Positions 59,230-64,000 of a stretch of DNA of 64,000 bases are shown piece by piece. A model generated the notes under the pieces. The model was not told the origin of the DNA and made no database searches. It saw only the letters and a list, made by a program, of their open reading frames with translations. How positions within the stretch are numbered: the first letter of the stretch is position 1; each line of letters opens with the position of its first letter. The position numbers were made by a program, and so were the translations under genes. Source of the stretch: an uncultured delta proteobacterium (GTDB lineage Bacteria; Myxococcota_A; Polyangia; Polyangiales; JAFGIB01); assembly GCA_963778655.1 (NCBI GenBank), contig CAVZVA010000012.1, forward strand, positions 204,118-268,117. Reading direction: 5' to 3'.

Positions 59230-60339
59230 TCAGCGCCACAGCGGCGCGGTCAGCTCGACGAAGTCCGGCAGGCTCGTGCCGTTGAGGTCGCCGGAGGTAT
59301 CGGGCAGCGCAACCTGAACCAGCACCATTTGCTTGGCGGGAACCACCAGCACGAACTGACCGCCGTGGCCCCAGGTCGAGAACGCGCCGTCGCCGGTCAG
59401 CACCCAGAAGTAGTAGCCGTAGCCGAGCTGCTCGCCGCCCTGGATCTGCGTGTCCTTCGGAGGGACGTGCGCGCTGGTCGCGGCGTCGCACCAGGCCTGC
59501 GGCACGAGCTGGGTGCCGTGCCACGCGCAACCCTCGAGCAGCAGCTGACCCAGCTTCGCGAAGTCGCGCGGGCGCAGGTGCAAGCCGTGCGCGGCCATGG
59601 TCACGCCGTCCGGCCCGGACTCCCAGTAGTAGTCGGTGATGCCAAGCGGTTCGAATATCTGCTTTCGCACCCACTGCTCCTCGTGCATGCCGAGCGCGGC
59701 TTGCATCACGTAGCCCAGCAGCTGCGGGTCGGCGTCTCGATAGTAGAAGCGCTCGCCCGGGTCGGCGTACATCGGCTTCTGCAGGATGTAGCGCAGCGGG
59801 TCGCGCGGCTTGTTCACCCACATCTCGACCGAGAACACGTCGTTGTCGAAGGCGATGCCGGAGCGCATGGTCAGCAGCTGCTCCAGCGTGATGTGTGCCT
59901 TGCGCGGGTCGAGACCACGCACGGCATCCGGCAGCAGCTGGCCCAGCGTGGCCTGCAGATCGGGGAAGAAGCCCGCGCCGCGGGCGGCGCCGAACGCGAG
60001 CGAGGTCACGCTCTTGGTGGAGGATTGAAGGTGGTGATAGTGGTCGCGGTCGGCGAGCGAGCGCAGGTAGGTTTCCCAGACCAGCTTGCCGTCCTTCACG
60101 ATCAGAACAGCGAGCGTGCCGAAGCTGCGATCTTCACGCAGCAGCTGCTCGTGCAGCTGTGCGAGCGCAGCCTGATCGAGGCCGACGCTTGCCGGCGTCG
60201 CGATCTCCCAGCCGTCGTCGAGCTGCTCCGGCACCACCGGCCCTCGATGCTTGAGCGTGCCGTCCGGCAAGCATGCGGCGAGCGCCAGCCCGATCAAGGC
60301 AAGCCACGGCAGGCGGTAGTTGCGAGGCGAACGCGTCAT
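59230..60339 (-). CDS. lipoprotein serine hydrolase, beta-lactamase class C/NylB-like
   Basis: Lipobox LAAC, SSTK (SxxK), LLTMRSG, PGERFYY, YGY.FW and GHGGQ. Confidence 0.88.
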   Translation of the reverse strand: MTRSPRNYRLPWLALIGLALAACLPDGTLKHRGPVVPEQLDDGWEIATPASVGLDQAALAQLHEQLLREDRSFGTLAVLIVKDGKLVWETYLRSLADRDHYHHLQSSTKSVTSLAFGAARGAGFFPDLQATLGQLLPDAVRGLDPRKAHITLEQLLTMRSGIAFDNDVFSVEMWVNKPRDPLRYILQKPMYADPGERFYYRDADPQLLGYVMQAALGMHEEQWVRKQIFEPLGITDYYWESGPDGVTMAAHGLHLRPRDFAKLGQLLLEGCAWHGTQLVPQAWCDAATSAHVPPKDTQIQGGEQLGYGYYFWVLTGDGAFSTWGHGGQFVLVVPAKQMVLVQVALPDTSGDLNGTSLPDFVELTAPLWR

Positions 60340-60340
60340 G

Positions 60341-61141
60341 TCAGAGCTCGAATCCGTAGCTCACGACCGCACCGGTGTAGAGGGTCGCGAACGGCGCGGG
60401 ATCGGATGCGCGCGCGAACCGCACGCGCAGCCCGAGCCCGAGGCCGCTGCCCGCGGCGTCTCGGTGCCGGCGGAAGCGTGCCAGCAGCTCGAGCTCGATC
60501 GCCTGCACCTGCAGCGGTCCCACCCAGCGCGGGGACTGCCCGATGCGGTCGAAGTAGTAGCCCGGGTGCGGGAGCGCGTCCTGCTTGTTGGCGCGGTACG
60601 CGGGCGGCCGCGAGGCCAGCCCGAATAGCGCGAAGCCGGCGCGACTCTCTAGCCAGGCGAAGCCGCCTAGAGGGCGCGCGTCATGCACGTACGGCCAGAG
60701 CGAGAGCGCAGAGAGCCAGTAGCCATGCGCGTCATCCCAGCTCGCGAGGTAGGCGACGTCCGTGTCGAAGCGCAGGGCGCCTCCAAGCGCCAACCGCTGC
60801 GCGCCGTCGGACAACGCATAGGCGTATCCCGCCGAAAGCCCATGAAAAATCTGCGCCGCCACGTGCCCGAAGCGATTCCAGAGTACGCCGAAGCCGGCGC
60901 GCAGCTCGGCGTCGAACGCGTGGCGCCGCGCCGCGTAGCCGTAGCGCGCGCCCAGCGCGAGCGCCGGCCCGGTGAACGCCAGCGGCACCAGCGTGTCGTC
61001 CCGCGTCGAGACCGCGCTCGCCCAGGCTAGGAGCTCGAACCGGTTCGCCGCCCCACTGGCGTCCTCTGCGCGAGCCATCCTAGGCTGCATGGCCGAAGCC
61101 ATGAGCCCTGTGACGCAAAGCACGAGATGCGACGCCCGCAT
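60341..61141 (-). CDS. secreted hypothetical protein, possible outer-membrane beta-barrel
   Basis: ATG 61141 after GGGGAG, signal peptide ending ARA, alternating beta-strands, C-terminal SYGFEL. Hidden inside the 1211-aa track ORF. Confidence 0.7.
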   Translation of the reverse strand: MRASHLVLCVTGLMASAMQPRMARAEDASGAANRFELLAWASAVSTRDDTLVPLAFTGPALALGARYGYAARRHAFDAELRAGFGVLWNRFGHVAAQIFHGLSAGYAYALSDGAQRLALGGALRFDTDVAYLASWDDAHGYWLSALSLWPYVHDARPLGGFAWLESRAGFALFGLASRPPAYRANKQDALPHPGYYFDRIGQSPRWVGPLQVQAIELELLARFRRHRDAAGSGLGLGLRVRFARASDPAPFATLYTGAVVSYGFEL

Positions 61142-61227
61142 GCAGACTCCCCCACAGACGTGCGCACCGACGCATCCGGCGCCATGGGTCCGGCGCTGTC
61201 GCAGGTGCGTGGGAGCAATCCCCCCGG

Positions 61228-64000
61228 CTACCGGCTGTCCAAGGCGGCTTCGCCGCCGCCTTCGCCCTCCTCGAAGCCGGGCGCATAGATGCGCGCCAGT
61301 CGCAGCGGGTCCTTGGCCCCGGCGCTCTCGAGCTCGGCCTCGGCATCGCGCGCTAGCGCCTCTCCGGTGTCGCCGCCCAGCAGGCGGCCTTTGCACAGGC
61401 GCGCGCAGGCGCGCACCAGGCTGCTCTCGCCGCCCATGTCGGCCTCGGCCAGAATCGCGTCGAGGCTCGCAAGCGCCTCGGGGTCGCGCCCGCGCCGGTG
61501 CTCGAGCGCTGCGCGCAGCAGGTGCGCGTGATCGGCGTGGCAATCGAGCGCGAGCTTCTCGATTCGCGCGATCGCGTCCTCGGCCCGGCCCAGCACCGCC
61601 TCCGGCTCGGCGGCACCGCGACTGGCGGCCAGGTGTGCGCGGGCGCAGCGGATCAGATAGTCGCTGCGCCAGATGCGCACCGCGAACAGGGGAGAGCGGG
61701 CGACCGCTGCCATCTCCTCGGCCACGCGGCGCTGCTCCTCCCGATCGTCCACGTAGAGCGCCAGGTGCAAGCGGCTCGAGAGGTGCAGCACCCGTATCAG
61801 CCCGAGCGGGGCGTTGGGCAGCTCGGGCGGAAGCCGCAGCGCGGCCCGCACCTGCTCGACGTCGTCGTGCACCAGCGCGCGCGGGACCAGCAGCATGCGC
61901 AGCTTTGCGACCGCGAACGAATCCTCGCACTCGGCGGCCTCGCGGATCCAGCCCTCGCACACGTCCAGCTCGTCGGTCTGTCCGAGCAGCGCCAGGGTGC
62001 GTGCATACAGGATGCGGCAGACGCTGAGCTCGGGCCCGACGTCGGTGCAGCGGCCGGACAGCAGCGCTTCGGCGCGCGCCAAGTCGAGGCTGGCGGGCTT
62101 GAGCAGGCCATCGTGCAGGAAGGCGAAGCCGCGCGCGAACGCAACCCAGGCCTGGCAGCGCGGATCCTCGGTCTCCCGCAACAGCGCCTCGGCCTGCTGC
62201 AGCGATTGCGCCTTGCCGCCGAGGATCGAGCTGTAGGAGAGATCGACGATGATGAAATACGCGCATAGACCGACCACGATGCGCGTCCGGTCCCCGGCCT
62301 CGAGCGCGCCGAGCAGGTGGCGCAGGGCGAAGCCCTGGCACACGAATCGGATCGCCGGAGAAGGTCCCCTGCACCAGGCTCCAGAGCGCGTCCAGGCGCG
62401 CCCGCAAAGCTGCCGGCACCTCGGACTGCGGTTCGGGCACGAACTCGAAGCCGCGCTGCTGCAGCTGGGGCAGCAGCTGGGCGGTCACCGTTAGGGCGTC
62501 GCGCACCCTGAGTGGAAACTCGATGCCGAGATCCGCGAGCGCGGGCGCGAGCACCTCGACCCCGCGCTCCCAGCGCCCGCTCAGCAACAGCTGCACGCCC
62601 GCGCGGCGGCGCAACTCGTGCCCTTCGGCCTCGGGCACGCCTTGGGCCGCGCGCAGGTAGACCTCGGCGGCGCGCGTGCTGCGGCCCGCGCGTACCAGCG
62701 CTTCGGCAAAGTGCACGAGCAGCTCCTGGCGCCAGGCTTCGTCGTCGTTGTGTTGCAGCGCCACTTCATACAGGGCCGCGGCCCGATCGAACGCGAGCGC
62801 GTCGACGGCTCGCCGGGCCGCCGAGATAGCGTAGATGCCGGCGCGCGCGTGGTCACCGGCCCCAAGCAGGTGCTCGATCAGCGCCTCGAGGTCGTGAGGC
62901 TCGCTGGTCTCGATCGCGATCGCCAGGCGCCGGTGCAGATCCGCGATCCGGCTCGGGTGCATGTGGGCCAGCAAGGCTTCGCGGATGCTCTCGTGGTAGA
63001 TGCCGATGGTGCGCGCGTCGACGGTGCCGGCGCCCCGCACCAGCTTGGCTCGCCGCAGCTCGGTCAGCGCCGGCAGCGGGTCCTGCTCACCGCACAGCTG
63101 GGCCAGCATCTGCTCGCCCAGCGGTCTGCCCGAGACGGCCACCAGCTCGAGCACGCGAGCCGCCTCCGGCGAGAGCGCCGCCAGCCGGCGCGAGAGCGCG
63201 TTCTCGAGGCTGACCCGCGCGCTGTCCGCCGGCTCGCCGCCGTTCGAGTCGCGTTCTGCCCGCACGTGGTCGACCAACTGCGCGAGCAGGTAGGGGCTGC
63301 CGCGCGATTCGCGAGCCACCGCCAGCGCGTCGCTCGGCAGCTCGGCCCCGAGCAGGCTGATGGCCAGGGCGACGCTGTCGTCCTCGGACAGGCCTTCCAG
63401 GTTGAGCTCGCGCGTGCGCACCTGGCCACGCGTGCGGAGCAGCTCGAGCAACGTGCGGAGGCACGGGCTGCGATCGCGGTCGGTGCTGCGGTAGGTGCAC
63501 AAGAGCAGCATGGCCGGGCGGTCGGCGCCGCTCAGCAGCTCGGCCAGCAGCCGCGCGCTGTCCACGTCGCCCCAGTGCAGGTCGTCGACGAACACCACCA
63601 GCGGTTGGCGCATGGCGATGCGCGCCAGCATTTCTTTGAGCCCATCGGTCGCTTGACGGCGCACGCGGCGCGGATCGGGCGCCAGGCGGTGGCGTCGCCT
63701 GGCCGTGCGCAGCACGTCGATGCGCTTGAGCACCGGGAAGAGCTGGGCCAGCGCGTGGATCTCCTTGGGAACGATCTCCGCCGCCTCGCGCTCCGAAAGC
63801 CGCGCCAGATAGCGGCTGAGCGCATCCACCACGCTGTCGAGCGCCTTGAACGGCACCACCTCGTGCTCGTAGCAGCGGCCGGCGAGCACCACCGCGCCCG
63901 CGCGCGCGGCTCCCTCCACGAAGCGCTCGACCAGCGCGGTCTTGCCCATGCCGGCCATACCCTGCACGAACGCCACGACCGGCGCTCCGGTGTCGGTGGC
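61228..64000 (-). pseudogene. STAND/AAA_16 ATPase with a TPR-like C-terminus, frameshifted near 62345 (5' end outside the window)
   Basis: Walker A QGMAGMGKT, GRCYE.E..PF, Walker B VDDLHW.D and GSPY. The helical reading continues in a different frame (61228-62343). May be a sequencing error. Confidence 0.7.

Noticed and set aside
60341..63976. A single 1211-aa protein as listed in the ORF track
   Set aside because: It is a chimera of the ATPase N-part, about 400 aa of off-frame Arg/Pro/Gly-rich sequence after the frameshift, and a separate secreted protein with its own SD and ATG at 61141.

Overview
GC-rich chromosomal segment, most likely from a myxobacterium (Myxococcota). This is inferred from a MYXO-CTERM sorting signal, three eukaryote-like Ser/Thr kinases, an FHA-GGDEF protein, Cys-rich surface proteins and a STAND ATPase. 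About 50 genes are supportable. Housekeeping: rlmN-like, def, gcvP, glpD, YchJ, nitroreductase. Transport and signalling: a heterodimeric ABC exporter, PilZ, two TetR, an ECF sigma/anti-sigma pair. Metabolism: an AlkB + [3Fe-4S] ferredoxin + reductase set and a TetR-controlled CoA-ligase/SDR/crotonase/ALDH/thiolase-like cluster. No rRNA, tRNA, CRISPR-cas or transposase gene was seen. Best candidates for something new: (1) a CetZ/TubZ-like tubulin-superfamily GTPase with a C-terminal HEAT-like module, abutting an 809-bp array of 8 hairpin-rich repeats; (2) upstream of it, a 1189-aa ORF that joins a vWA/MYXO-CTERM protein and a lipoprotein/FGE-sulfatase-domain protein in one frame, a possible two-product polyprotein; (3) a divergent crotonyl-CoA carboxylase/reductase-like enzyme; (4) a proteasome-beta/BPH-like protease starting with Ser; (5) a thiolase-fold protein lacking the catalytic Cys. 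The intergenic DNA carries at least four small repeat families: two TA-flanked MITEs that hit stop codons and each other, a REP-like multi-hairpin family and a GGAAGGCGGGAAG palindrome family. All calls come from motif reading by eye with no database searches. Several starts were corrected relative to the ORF track.
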